A DNA stretch of 64,000 nt from Bdellovibrionales bacterium (lineage in GTDB: Bacteria; Bdellovibrionota; Bdellovibrionia; Bdellovibrionales; UBA1609): assembly GCA_019695175.1 (NCBI GenBank), contig JAIBAM010000003.1, positions 35,033-99,032 on the forward strand, read 5' to 3'. The position numbers were made by a program, and so were the translations under genes. The notes beneath the pieces are model-generated. The model worked only from the letters and a program-made list of their open reading frames with translations. It ran no database searches and was not told the origin of the DNA. Numbering within the stretch: position 1 is the first letter of the stretch; each line of letters begins with the position of its first letter. Below are positions 10,461 through 19,469 of this stretch, piece after piece.

Positions 10461-10895
10461 ATGGCAGGAGTAAACAAAGTTATTTTGGTTGGACGTCTTG
10501 GCGCTGACCCAGAAGTGAAACCCGTGAATAATGGAAATTCAGTAGCTCGATTTAATTTGGCCACCAGCGAAAATTGGACAGATAAAGATGGACAAAAACA
10601 AGAGCGCACCGAGTGGCACCGAGTGGTTGTCTGGAGCAAACTTGCAGAACTGTGTGGTCGCTATTTAAGTAAGGGTCGACAAGTTTATGTGGAAGGCCGC
10701 CTGCAAACCCGTTCTTGGGATGATCCGCAAGGACAAAAACGCTACACCACAGAAGTGGTAGCCAATGTGGTGCAATTTTTAGGTGCAGGAACTGGACCTT
10801 CAGCACCAGCACCTTCTGCAACAAATGACGCTGGCCTATCAGGAATGAGTTTTCAAGAACCCAACTTTAATTTTTCTGAAGAAATTCCATTTTAG
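10461..10895 (+). CDS. ssb: single-stranded DNA-binding protein
   Basis: [39 protein letters not shown], a Gly/Pro/Ala-rich tail and an acidic C-terminus EEIPF. Confidence 0.95.
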   Translation: MAGVNKVILVGRLGADPEVKPVNNGNSVARFNLATSENWTDKDGQKQERTEWHRVVVWSKLAELCGRYLSKGRQVYVEGRLQTRSWDDPQGQKRYTTEVVANVVQFLGAGTGPSAPAPSATNDAGLSGMSFQEPNFNFSEEIPF

Positions 10896-10932
10896 TTTTG
10901 CCTCAATGTAGAACTTCCGCAATCATAGTATT

Positions 10933-11391
10933 GTGGAAGTCTCTGTAAAATCACCACCTCATAAAAAAATTTTTTTAAAAGTCACAAAGTTAAAACCATC
11001 GAATAAATACATTTTATTTATTTTTGTTGGATTTAGTATCTCCTCTTGTTCACTTTACCAAAGCGATGGCAGAAAGCTTTTGCAAGATAGGGCTTCGGAA
11101 AACAGTAAAGGAAATTTCTCGGTTTCAGATCATTGTAACAAAATAACCCCAAAGGATCCTGTTGTTTTCCCCTTAACCGAAGATTCCTTTTCTCAAGAAG
11201 ACCTGAAATTAAGGTATTCAGATTCTCAGGTCGTTATCTATCAAAGTATCTTGGCTCAAAATCAATGGGTTGGCGTGACAACCAAAAATCACTGTCAATT
11301 TTCAGTACAAAATGACGCTGCCGCCAAAATAAACGAACTTCAACTCTTAGAGTTCCTCAAAAATTACCTTCTAGACCTCGACAACAGTTGA
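10933..11391 (+). CDS. small lipoprotein, unknown function
   Basis: GTG start. Lipobox FSISS|C after a hydrophobic stretch. Confidence 0.45.
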   Translation: MEVSVKSPPHKKIFLKVTKLKPSNKYILFIFVGFSISSCSLYQSDGRKLLQDRASENSKGNFSVSDHCNKITPKDPVVFPLTEDSFSQEDLKLRYSDSQVVIYQSILAQNQWVGVTTKNHCQFSVQNDAAAKINELQLLEFLKNYLLDLDNS

Positions 11392-11476
11392 GTTCCTTAA
11401 CCACTAAGAATCAGTTTATTTTGCGTTAGCACCACAAACTCCTTAACATAAATACTGAATAAGGTGGGGAACTTCA

Positions 11477-12430
11477 ATGATCATAAAAAAAATAAATACC
11501 GCAATATTGATAAAACAAAAAAATAAATACATATCCATCGACCATTTGAAGATAGCGATTTTCATTTTGAGTGTCCTTGCAACAAATTGTCTCCACGCAG
11601 CTAAAATTGCCAAAATTCAGGGACAAAAAGTTTTAATTAACCTGGAAGGCGACCCAGCAGAAAAGGGAGACATCTTTGCTGTTTATGATCCCGTGGGAAA
11701 AAAGAAAGGTCTACTTCGTATTAAGGGTGTTCGAAATGATAAAGCCATTGGATTTTTAGGAAAAGGAACGGCTCAAGTGGGTTGGGTGACCAAGGTCAGC
11801 AAATCCTCATCTGGCGACTCCACTTCTAAACAAACTTCCCACAAAACAGAAGGAATGAAGAGCAGCGCTTCCCCAACTAGCCAGAGAGCTTACTGGGGTT
11901 TGATGGGTGGAGCTTCACTGGATTCTATGTCAGTTGATATTGACAATTCAGTTCCTGCGGACAATGTGGCAGACAAAACTGTGGCTTTAAGCGGAACTTC
12001 CTTTTCGGTGAAAGGATTTTTTGATTATCAATTACTGGATCAGATTTGGTTCCGAGGGCTTTCTGGGATACAGGGGCTTTCTGCTGCAAGCTCTAGCACT
12101 GAATCCGGTTGTTTAAGCAAACCTTGTTCGGTGGATATTTATTATCTCCCTTTTGATTTCTGGGGACGGTATCAATTCACCACAAGTTACTTCCGCCCTT
12201 GGGTTGGGGTGGGCTTCAGTCTTCTCTTCCCTGTAACCAAAGATGCCACAGCTATCCAAAAATCTTCCATCACCAACACCAGTCTATTTTCTGTCGGATT
12301 TGGTTTTGATTGGTTTATAGCCCCAAATATCTTTATCCCGGTACAGGTGGATTATTCCATTTTCCCAAAGTCTGAGACTGTTGAAGCCAGTTCAATTAAT
12401 ATGACTGCAGGCTTGGGACTCCCCTTTTAA
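11477..12430 (+). CDS. outer-membrane beta-barrel protein (porin/OmpA-barrel-like), unknown function
   Basis: Hydrophobic leader. The C-terminal half has alternating aromatic/hydrophobic strands and ends GLGLPF (terminal Phe, OMP signature). Confidence 0.5.
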   Translation: MIIKKINTAILIKQKNKYISIDHLKIAIFILSVLATNCLHAAKIAKIQGQKVLINLEGDPAEKGDIFAVYDPVGKKKGLLRIKGVRNDKAIGFLGKGTAQVGWVTKVSKSSSGDSTSKQTSHKTEGMKSSASPTSQRAYWGLMGGASLDSMSVDIDNSVPADNVADKTVALSGTSFSVKGFFDYQLLDQIWFRGLSGIQGLSAASSSTESGCLSKPCSVDIYYLPFDFWGRYQFTTSYFRPWVGVGFSLLFPVTKDATAIQKSSITNTSLFSVGFGFDWFIAPNIFIPVQVDYSIFPKSETVEASSINMTAGLGLPF

Positions 12431-12658
12431 GAAATTCACACATGAATTCTCTAGGTCCCTCTCGCCCATAAAAGAATATCCGTCCCTCATGAAAACAAAT
12501 TCATAGCCTATCGGGATAAATCTAAGTTAAGTTACTAGGATTTCTTGGGGGGTTCACGGTGAATTCCTAGAAGAAAATTGTTTTAAAAATTTAATGACAT
12601 TCAATAGGTATTTTAACTACCTACGTTAAGAAAATCCTAGATTGAGAGTGGAGCAGAT

Positions 12659-13660
12659 ATGGAAAATCACAGAACAGCTCAAATTTCAGGAACTGGATCC
12701 TATTTACCAGCAAATCTTCTCACCAACAAAGATTTGGAAAGCCTAGTGGAAACCTCAGATCAGTGGATTCGTGAACGTACAGGAATTGTGGAAAGGCATA
12801 TTGCCGCCCCCCAGGAGGCCACTTCAGATTTAGCTTTTCAAGCTGCACGCCAAGCCTTGGACGCAGCACAACTTTCAGCTCAAGACTTAGACGGAATTTT
12901 AGTAGCCACGGTCACACCGGATCAAGTCATGCCCAACACCGCATGTTTTCTTCAATCTCGACTGGGTTGTAAATCTATTATGGCTTTGGATGTTTCTGCG
13001 GCCTGTTCTGGTTTTCTTTATGCCCTTACCATCGCCGATCAATTTATTTGCAGCGGGAAATTTAAACATATTTTAGTTATTGGAGCTGAAACTCTTTCTC
13101 GAATTATCAATCCCACAGATCGTCAAACCTGTATTTTATTTGGGGATGGGGCCGGCGCTGTGGTCTTGAGTGCCAACACCAATAACCCTTCAAGTAAAAG
13201 TGCTATATTGTCCTCAAGTTTGGGAGCCAATGGCAGTCTTGGCGACCTTCTGTCCTTACCTGGAGGAGGATCCAGACTGCCTTTTAACCAAGATGTATTG
13301 GATCAAAAACTCTATTTTGTTCACATGAAAGGTCGTGAAATTTTCAAATCAGCAGTACGAACCATGTCGGATCGTGCTCTGGAGTGTCTGAATCAAGCTC
13401 AGTACCCTCTTGATAAAGTAGATTGGTTTATTATGCACCAAGCGAATTTAAGAATCATTGAGGCCGTGGCAGACCATTTAAACATTCCTAAGCAAAAAAT
13501 TCTTACTAACATCGATCAAACTGGAAACACTTCGTCGGCTTCCATTCCAATTTTATTTAATCAATCTATAGATAAAAATTTAGTGCAAAGGGGACAAACT
13601 ATTCTTATGGCGGCTTTTGGAGCTGGCTTAACTAGTGGAGGAATTTTACTGCAGTATTAG
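12659..13660 (+). CDS. fabH: 3-oxoacyl-ACP synthase III
   Basis: GTGSYLP..LTNKDLE..SDQWIRERTGI..AACSGFLYAL..HQANLRI..GNTSSASIP..AFGAGLT. The Cys-His-Asn triad context is present. Confidence 0.93.
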   Translation: MENHRTAQISGTGSYLPANLLTNKDLESLVETSDQWIRERTGIVERHIAAPQEATSDLAFQAARQALDAAQLSAQDLDGILVATVTPDQVMPNTACFLQSRLGCKSIMALDVSAACSGFLYALTIADQFICSGKFKHILVIGAETLSRIINPTDRQTCILFGDGAGAVVLSANTNNPSSKSAILSSSLGANGSLGDLLSLPGGGSRLPFNQDVLDQKLYFVHMKGREIFKSAVRTMSDRALECLNQAQYPLDKVDWFIMHQANLRIIEAVADHLNIPKQKILTNIDQTGNTSSASIPILFNQSIDKNLVQRGQTILMAAFGAGLTSGGILLQY

Positions 13661-13676
13661 TGTCGTCGTCCCCTCT

Positions 13677-13706
13677 TGGCCCCGTCCCCTCTTGGCAAAA
13701 AGGCTC
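13677..13706. repeat. 16-bp period tandem duplication (cgtcccctcttggc x2) just after fabH stop
   Basis: Direct reading: 13677-13690 and 13693-13706 are identical 14-mers. Confidence 0.8.
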
Positions 13707-13804
13707 AAAGTGGTGTATTCGTTCATCCAAGGTCTGTTTGAAAATCCTACCTCCCCATGAGGGCGGTTTACATAACCCAATCCGCTGAAAAAAAGAGCGC
13801 AAAA

Positions 13805-14176
13805 ATGAAATCAAAACCCCTTTTTGAAATTAGAAAAACTTTAACTTTTGAAGCTGCCCATAAGTTACCCTTCGTTCCCCCGGGCCATAAATGTGGGCGA
13901 CTCCATGGCCACAGTTTTCAGGTGACAGTCGTGGTCCGCGGACCACTGGATCCTGTGGGTTGGGTCATGGATTTCTCTGAAATTAAATCCAAACTTAAAC
14001 CCCTTATCGAGGAACTGGATCATCATTATTTAAATGAAATCCCTGGCTTGGAAAACCCCACTTCGGAAGTCCTAGCCCAATGGTTTTTCCAAAAGGCAAA
14101 AACCATTGTCAGTGAGGTCTACCAAGTTATCGTCAGTGAAACTTGCACCTCAGAGTGCATCTATCCCGTCTATTAA
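13805..14176 (+). CDS. queD: 6-carboxy-5,6,7,8-tetrahydropterin synthase (6-pyruvoyl-tetrahydropterin synthase family)
   Basis: [32 protein letters not shown]. Start taken at ATG 13805 (MKSKPLFEI) rather than at the listed 13757. Confidence 0.85.
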   Translation: MKSKPLFEIRKTLTFEAAHKLPFVPPGHKCGRLHGHSFQVTVVVRGPLDPVGWVMDFSEIKSKLKPLIEELDHHYLNEIPGLENPTSEVLAQWFFQKAKTIVSEVYQVIVSETCTSECIYPVY

Positions 14177-14220
14177 GCAGTTCTATGATAAGACGAAGGC
14201 GATTAAACCAATCAATACAA

Positions 14221-14305
14221 TATAGTGGACTCCAAAAACTGGACAGGCTGCTAAGCTATAAAAAGTATGGTTTTGTAGCCGTTCCAGTTCTTGGGGTCCA
14301 CTATA
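14221..14305. repeat. long imperfect inverted repeat (22-bp arms, 41-nt loop)
   Basis: tatagtggactccaaaaactgg (14221-14242) versus the reverse complement of ccagttcttggggtccactata (14284-14305): 20/22 matches. Confidence 0.7.
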
Positions 14306-14422
14306 CAAATCGTGACTATAGCACTTTATCAATATTCAGATTTTGTAAAAGCAACTCTTTGTTGGAGCTTCCCAAGCTAAAGGTTTAAGCGTGACTTGAA
14401 AAACATGTGACAACTCCACAAA

Positions 14423-14443
14423 CCCCCTTTCCAAAGAAGGGGG
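14423..14443 (-). terminator. putative rho-independent terminator downstream of hsp20
   Basis: ccccctt / aaggggg stem with a 7-nt loop. On the minus strand it is followed by tttgtgg. It lies 47 nt after the hsp20 stop. Confidence 0.45.
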
Positions 14444-14489
14444 CTGTGAAAAATTGTCCTGAACCCAAGATTTAACAACTAAACATATT

Positions 14490-14945
14490 TTATCTTATGG
14501 CGATTTGTCTTTTCGCTGAAGCTTCTTGTTTCGGAATACTTAAAGACAAAACTCCATTTTCGTACTTTGCTTCCACTTTTTCTCCGTCCACGGATTCTGG
14601 GAAAGTGAATGTTCTTAAAAAAGAACCGTAATACACTTCGGAGAAATGAGTTTTTTTATCTTTGTCTTCCCCTTCCACTTTGTCCTTACGTTCTCCAGAC
14701 ACAGTTAAGGTGTTGTCATGTAAATCCACTTTAATTTGATCTTTATTAAGACCCGGCAAATCAAATTTCATTAAATACATATTTTTTGTTTCGTGCACTT
14801 CCACATTGGGCTGGATCATATTTTTATCATTGCGTTGCAAACGATTTGAAAACAAATCATCAAAAAACCGCTCCACACCTCGAGGTTGCAAGCCAAATTC
14901 CCTAAAAGGATCCCAATTTTTTTGCCAAAGTTCTAAACGAGACAT
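14490..14945 (-). CDS. small heat-shock protein, Hsp20/alpha-crystallin family
   Basis: Alpha-crystallin domain: PNVEVHETKNMYLMKFDLPGL..LTVSGERK..SFLRTFTFPESVDGEKVEAKYENGVLSLSIPK. RBS AAGGAGGA. Confidence 0.9.
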   Translation of the reverse strand: MSRLELWQKNWDPFREFGLQPRGVERFFDDLFSNRLQRNDKNMIQPNVEVHETKNMYLMKFDLPGLNKDQIKVDLHDNTLTVSGERKDKVEGEDKDKKTHFSEVYYGSFLRTFTFPESVDGEKVEAKYENGVLSLSIPKQEASAKRQIAIR

Positions 14946-15133
14946 TTTGTCCTCCTTTATTATTTATTAATCTCAAACGTGACCGACAAACCAACTCTTG
15001 CTCTGTCGAAGACATCGAGATTTTGTTTCAAAGCACCAAAGAAACTTTGATTGCTTTTACATTTTTAATTTGTCCTTTTTAATCTGTAGGCTCTTTTCAT
15101 TTTGGCAAGAAAATCTATAAAAATTTTATTTTA

Positions 15134-15221
15134 CGAAGGTTCCTCGGTTATTGGTCGAAGGTTCCTTCATTATCTCTCGAAGGTTCCTCCGTTATCGGTC
15201 GAAGGAGCCTTTGCGGATGAC
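15134..15221. repeat. 22-bp tandem repeat x4 (cgaaggttcctcggttattggt and variants) in the hsp20/serS divergent intergenic region
   Basis: The units 15134-15155, 15156-15177, 15178-15199 and 15200-15221 all begin cgaagg. The first three share cgaaggttcct. Confidence 0.8.
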
Positions 15222-15411
15222 CGTTTCCGTCGTTTCCATTCGGATTACTCCTCTCCCTAAGACCCTAAGAAATGTTGGGTCCGTTTTGAAATCCTGCTGC
15301 TGCTGAAAATAATGAATGTAAGAACATTTGCCTTTCCCACCGGATGACAGTAATTTATACGATCACTGTACAGTTTTGAGACACAGAATCAACATTAAGA
15401 AAGATATTTTT

Positions 15412-16749
15412 ATGCATGATCTAAAATTACTAAATGAAAACCCCGCCCTTTTAGAAAAAGCTTTAGCCTCCCGTGGACAAGACAAAAATCTAGCCGCGCA
15501 AATTCATAAATTGAATGAGCGAAAAAAACAGGCCCTGCAACAAATGGAAACACTCCGTGCTGAACGCAATAAGGTGACCCAGGAAATTGCTAAGCTCAAA
15601 CGAAATAAAGATGCGACCTCTCAAGCGGAGGCAGAAAAATTCATGCAACAGTCACGAAAGCTCGGTGAAGATTTAAAAAAAATTGAGGACTCTTTACGCT
15701 CCTTAGAAAGCGAGTTCACCCATCAGGCCCTAACCCTACCCAATATTCCCCACTCTTCAGTACCCACGGGATCCTCCAGCGAAGACAACACCGTGGTAAG
15801 ACACTGGGGTGAACCCGCCACATTCAACTTTCAAGTCAAAGACCATGTTTCCTTAGGCGAAGATTTGGGTCTTTTGGATTTTGAACGGGCTGGTAAAATT
15901 TCTGGAGCCCGGTTCTCACTTTATTTTGGAGCTGCAGCGGCTTTGGAACGGGCACTGATTCAGTTTATGTTGGACTTGCACACGAAGAACCATGGATATA
16001 TGGAAGTGATCCCACCTTTTATGGTAAATAGAAATAGTTTAATTGGCACGGGAAATCTTCCCAAGTTTGAAGAAGATTTATTCAAAACAAATAATAATGA
16101 CAAAGAATTATTTATGATTCCCACCGCAGAGGTCCCTTTAACAAATATTTACAGTGAAGAAATTCTTTCTCACAAAACTCTCCCAGCCTACTTTACTGCC
16201 TACACTCCTTGTTTCCGCAGTGAAGCCGGTTCCTATGGAAAAGATGTTCGAGGACTTATTCGCCAGCATCAATTTCAAAAGGTTGAGTTGGTTAAAATTG
16301 TCACCCCCGAGACCTCCTACGAAGAACACGAAAAAATGGTGGCCGACGCAGAAAAAGTATTACAACTGCTTGAACTGCCCTATCGAGTGGTCCTCCTATG
16401 CACAGGGGATATGGGATTTTCTGCGGCGAAAACCTACGACCTGGAAGTTTGGCTGCCTTCCCAACAAAACTACCGCGAAATTTCTTCTTGCTCCAACTGT
16501 GAAGACTTTCAAGCGCGACGAGCTCAAATTCGCTACCGTCCAGGACCAGATGAAAAACCTCGTTTTGTTCACACCCTTAATGGCTCTGGGTTGGCCGTAG
16601 GTCGAACTCTTATTGCGATTATGGAAAATTATCAAACCGAATCCGGCACCATTCGCATCCCCACTGTGTTGGATCGATATCTGGAAGGGTCGCCCTATTT
16701 CATTCGGGGAACCAAGGGTCAACTGGAAATGCAACAACGACTGAAGTAA
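15412..16749 (+). CDS. serS: seryl-tRNA synthetase
   Basis: [11 protein letters not shown].. coiled-coil arm, then class II motifs: [44 protein letters not shown]. Start taken at ATG 15412. The listed 15328 is a TTG extension. Confidence 0.93.
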   Translation: MHDLKLLNENPALLEKALASRGQDKNLAAQIHKLNERKKQALQQMETLRAERNKVTQEIAKLKRNKDATSQAEAEKFMQQSRKLGEDLKKIEDSLRSLESEFTHQALTLPNIPHSSVPTGSSSEDNTVVRHWGEPATFNFQVKDHVSLGEDLGLLDFERAGKISGARFSLYFGAAAALERALIQFMLDLHTKNHGYMEVIPPFMVNRNSLIGTGNLPKFEEDLFKTNNNDKELFMIPTAEVPLTNIYSEEILSHKTLPAYFTAYTPCFRSEAGSYGKDVRGLIRQHQFQKVELVKIVTPETSYEEHEKMVADAEKVLQLLELPYRVVLLCTGDMGFSAAKTYDLEVWLPSQQNYREISSCSNCEDFQARRAQIRYRPGPDEKPRFVHTLNGSGLAVGRTLIAIMENYQTESGTIRIPTVLDRYLEGSPYFIRGTKGQLEMQQRLK

Positions 16750-16815
16750 TGTGTGATAGTAAAATTTGCAGAATGAATTAAGTAATGAGTGACAGTAAGA
16801 TTTGCAGAATGAATT
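16744..16815. repeat. 36-bp tandem duplication spanning the serS stop codon
   Basis: aagtaatgtgtgatagtaaaatttgcagaatgaatt (16744-16779) and aagtaatgagtgacagtaagatttgcagaatgaatt (16780-16815), 33/36 identical. Copy 1 contains the serS AAG TAA. Confidence 0.9.
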
Positions 16816-16826
16816 CTACGCCTTCG

Positions 16827-16908
16827 TTTTAATTTACTCTTACTTTTTAATTTACTCTTACTTTTTAGTTTACTCTTTATTTTTAGTTTGCTCTTACTTT
16901 TTAAAAAA
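16827..16908. repeat. about 18-bp tandem repeat x4-5 (ttttaatttactcttac family)
   Basis: Direct reading of consecutive units with 1-3 substitutions each. Confidence 0.8.
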
Positions 16909-16912
16909 TACT

Positions 16913-17009
16913 GCTTCTATGTTTAGACATTTTTAATACCGCTTCGATCTTTAGATATTTTTAATGTCGCTTTGGTTTAATGACGCTTCGATCTTTAGAC
17001 TTTTTTAAG
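16913..17009. repeat. 28-bp repeat family (gcttcgatctttagatatttttaatgtc), 3 full copies plus 1 partial
   Basis: Units at 16913-16940 and 16941-16968, a partial unit at 16969-16984, and a further unit at 16985-17009. Confidence 0.75.
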
Positions 17010-17273
17010 TTCAATTTCTATATTTTTTCAAACCTAATTTGTCTTTCACTTTTAAGTCTGGTTTGCCTTTCAATTCTGATAAGTTAAGACTGATTTCCTC
17101 AATTTATTTAAACAGGTTAGTATCCAGGGTTCTATAGAGTTTCACCAGCAAAGGCGGTGCTCTTCAAACGCCCTCTCATTAGAGGTTTGATATTCTTTGC
17201 GTTCTGTGTTTAAGTTTTTTTTCTAAAGGCATCCACATTTTTGATAATAATATCCTGCTGTCTCCGCCACAGT

Positions 17274-17319
17274 TAACTGTGACTTCCTTACGCGACTAAC
17301 TGTGACTTCCTTACGCGAC
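17274..17319. repeat. perfect 23-bp tandem duplication spanning the stop codon of the cyclase gene
   Basis: taactgtgacttccttacgcgac occurs at 17274-17296 and 17297-17319. On the minus strand each copy reads GTCGCGTAA.., that is Val-Ala-stop. Confidence 0.9.
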
Positions 17320-19446
17320 TTTACCCATGGAAATTTCCGCACGCTTTTGTACCATAACATTATTATGGGATAAAAAAGGCTCAATCAGTAATGGAATTTG
17401 TTGCAAGTAAGGATTGGCTTTAAAGTAAACCGGATCCCGATCCCTGTGGTAATCATACAAATAACTTAAAACATAAATTCCACTGGCGACAAAAAAGGGA
17501 TTCTCACTATACAAAAATTGTTTTAACTGATGAAACACTTGGCTTTGTAAATCTCGCCGACCTTGAGCCAAAAGCACATCTGCCACCACCCGATTGGTGG
17601 GATGACTGAGCAGTTCATGAAAGGAATAGGTCTCTGGACTTAATTCATCCAAAGTTAAAACCGAATTCCCACGAACTCTTGGATCTTGATGTTTTAATCC
17701 CAATTCCAGAAGTGCCCTTAGTGAATCACTCAACCCCAAAGATTTAAGTAAATGGGCACCCAATGCAATCAGCGAAGATAAAACCACATTCCAATTCTCA
17801 TCGTTGGGTCTAGTTTCTGTCCACTCTATCAATTTTGTTAACAGTCTTTCATAGCTTTGAGCCAAAGCCGAGGGCACTTCCTCCACTTCAAAGTGACGCA
17901 GTATTTTATCAATTTTAATAAAAAAATCTGGTCCCACTAAACCGATTTGATCTCCTAAGAACTCCATTAAAGTCACCAGATCTGCATCAGAGCGAAACCA
18001 CTTAATCACTGCCAGATTTTTTTGCTCCAAAAAAATCTGAATAGGAATAAAATCCTTAATTTCAACAATTTCTGTTTGCCCTTGAAAACCCTTAAACGCC
18101 ACTTGAAAAGTTTTATATTCTTGTGCCAGACTGCGCACGCCCACATAATCATCGCTATAAATGGCCAAAATATTTTGTTCTTTTTCGTCAATTTTTCCGA
18201 GCATCCGCACCGACTCAATCAAAGGTAAACCTGCAAAAGCATACCCTGTATCCAATTCAATAAAACGCAAACGCCCCCGGGACATGGCTGCCTTCACCAC
18301 AAAGGGAACCCCTTGCCCACGAAGCTCCTGGTCCATTTCTTGAGCCACGGCAAATAAACTGCGCACACAGGAAACCGCCTTTTCCAACCCCGCATCCTCA
18401 GTCGGTAAATGAGCCGCTATGAACTCCTCCCCTGTGCTCCTCGTATCTCCCTCCACTTTAATGTGAAAAACAATTTCATCCCCCACATATTGATATATGT
18501 GTCCTTCGTAACGACGGATCACTTCAGCTGCTTTTTTAAAGTACCGATTCAATGTTGAGGTCACAAACTCAGTTTTTCGCTCTAAAAACATCTGTGTATA
18601 ACCATTCACATCCAATCGAATCACGTAAGCATCAAATTGAAACGGGGCTTTTGTTCCCAGTAAAAGTTCATTTCGAACTGCTGGACTGAGGGATGCCGCA
18701 TAAGTTTGATTGGTTAACTTTAAATGTTCCTGGGATTTTTCAAATTGGTCCGTGGCTGCCAGTAAAATTTGGGATTCTTTCGATCTGGCTTTTATATCTG
18801 CCATGGGTTTACGATCGCGACTCTTAAGAATACGGGTCAAATCCAAAATATCTTTTAAAATTAAGTAAAGTAAAATGGATAAAAAAAGTGTCACTAAAGT
18901 GAAATCCTGAATGAGATCCCATTTTTGGTAGAGCACAGCCTTGGCCGCAAATAAACTTCCGTTCATATTTACGCCCATACTGAGCTTAAGATTCCCCTCT
19001 TGAACAGCCTTACCCAAAGAGGTTGATCCTGGCTGATCCACTCTAAAAAACCCCAAAGGGAAATCCAATCGGGCAATATCTTCCTTCGTCCCACCTGGGT
19101 TGTAAAAATCCACCACTTCGCTGGATATTCCAGCTCCGCTCTCTGATCCACCCCCAACCTGAGATTGTGAACGGACTCGCGTCAGGAGATAAAAATCAAA
19201 ATCCCTCGCTTCCTTGGCCTTCTCCAAATTACGTGACAAAATATCCGTCTGACCTTGAGCCATTAATGGAGCTGCAACAAACAAATGATATTCAATGGCC
19301 TTCAGTCGACGTTGATTGTCCTCAATCACCATTTGTTCCATTTTATTAAAATACTGAGTTACAGAAATGGAAACATAACCCAACCAAAAAATCCCCACTG
19401 CCAAAACTAAAATGGGTTTACGATTTTTGACTCCCATTGTTTTCAT
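17311..19446 (-). CDS. membrane-bound class III adenylate/guanylate cyclase-like protein with periplasmic sensor region and C-terminal HEAT-like repeats
   Basis: Two TM segments (ILVLAVGIFWLGYVSISV and FTLVTLFLSILLYLIL). Cyclase core IRLDVNGYTQMF..YEGHIYQYVGDEIVFH has both metal-binding Asp contexts. The C-terminus has KHQDPRVRGNSVL-type HEAT/PBS-like repeats. Confidence 0.6.
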   Translation of the reverse strand: MKTMGVKNRKPILVLAVGIFWLGYVSISVTQYFNKMEQMVIEDNQRRLKAIEYHLFVAAPLMAQGQTDILSRNLEKAKEARDFDFYLLTRVRSQSQVGGGSESGAGISSEVVDFYNPGGTKEDIARLDFPLGFFRVDQPGSTSLGKAVQEGNLKLSMGVNMNGSLFAAKAVLYQKWDLIQDFTLVTLFLSILLYLILKDILDLTRILKSRDRKPMADIKARSKESQILLAATDQFEKSQEHLKLTNQTYAASLSPAVRNELLLGTKAPFQFDAYVIRLDVNGYTQMFLERKTEFVTSTLNRYFKKAAEVIRRYEGHIYQYVGDEIVFHIKVEGDTRSTGEEFIAAHLPTEDAGLEKAVSCVRSLFAVAQEMDQELRGQGVPFVVKAAMSRGRLRFIELDTGYAFAGLPLIESVRMLGKIDEKEQNILAIYSDDYVGVRSLAQEYKTFQVAFKGFQGQTEIVEIKDFIPIQIFLEQKNLAVIKWFRSDADLVTLMEFLGDQIGLVGPDFFIKIDKILRHFEVEEVPSALAQSYERLLTKLIEWTETRPNDENWNVVLSSLIALGAHLLKSLGLSDSLRALLELGLKHQDPRVRGNSVLTLDELSPETYSFHELLSHPTNRVVADVLLAQGRRDLQSQVFHQLKQFLYSENPFFVASGIYVLSYLYDYHRDRDPVYFKANPYLQQIPLLIEPFLSHNNVMVQKRAEISMGKVA

Positions 19447-19469
19447 TGTTTCCCTTGTTCCTGTTTTTC

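Noticed and set aside
13661-13804. preQ1 riboswitch upstream of queD
   Set aside because: I looked for the short hairpin plus A-rich tail (..AAAAAACUA..) consensus. Only an A7 run next to the RBS is present, with no convincing P1/P2 pairing.
14143-14388. 81-aa ORF after queD
   Set aside because: It overlaps the queD 3' end, has no RBS, is Arg/Leu/Ser-rich, and spans a long inverted repeat. It is more likely non-coding.
14946-15130. Sigma-32-type heat-shock promoter upstream of hsp20
   Set aside because: Only a TTGAAA hexamer is visible on the minus strand. The downstream -10 (cttcgaca) is a poor match to CCCCATNT, so the call cannot be supported without mapping data.
16154-16600. 148-aa + strand ORF inside serS
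   Set aside because: It is an alternative frame of a confidently identified gene, and its Lys/Pro/Thr/Trp-rich composition is not protein-like. The antisense ORFs 16138..16329 and 16396..16737 are rejected for the same reason.
16744-17010. Possible CRISPR array (several direct-repeat families in a gene-free region)
   Set aside because: The units are contiguous tandem copies with no unique spacers, the unit lengths differ (36, 18 and 28 bp), and no cas genes are nearby.
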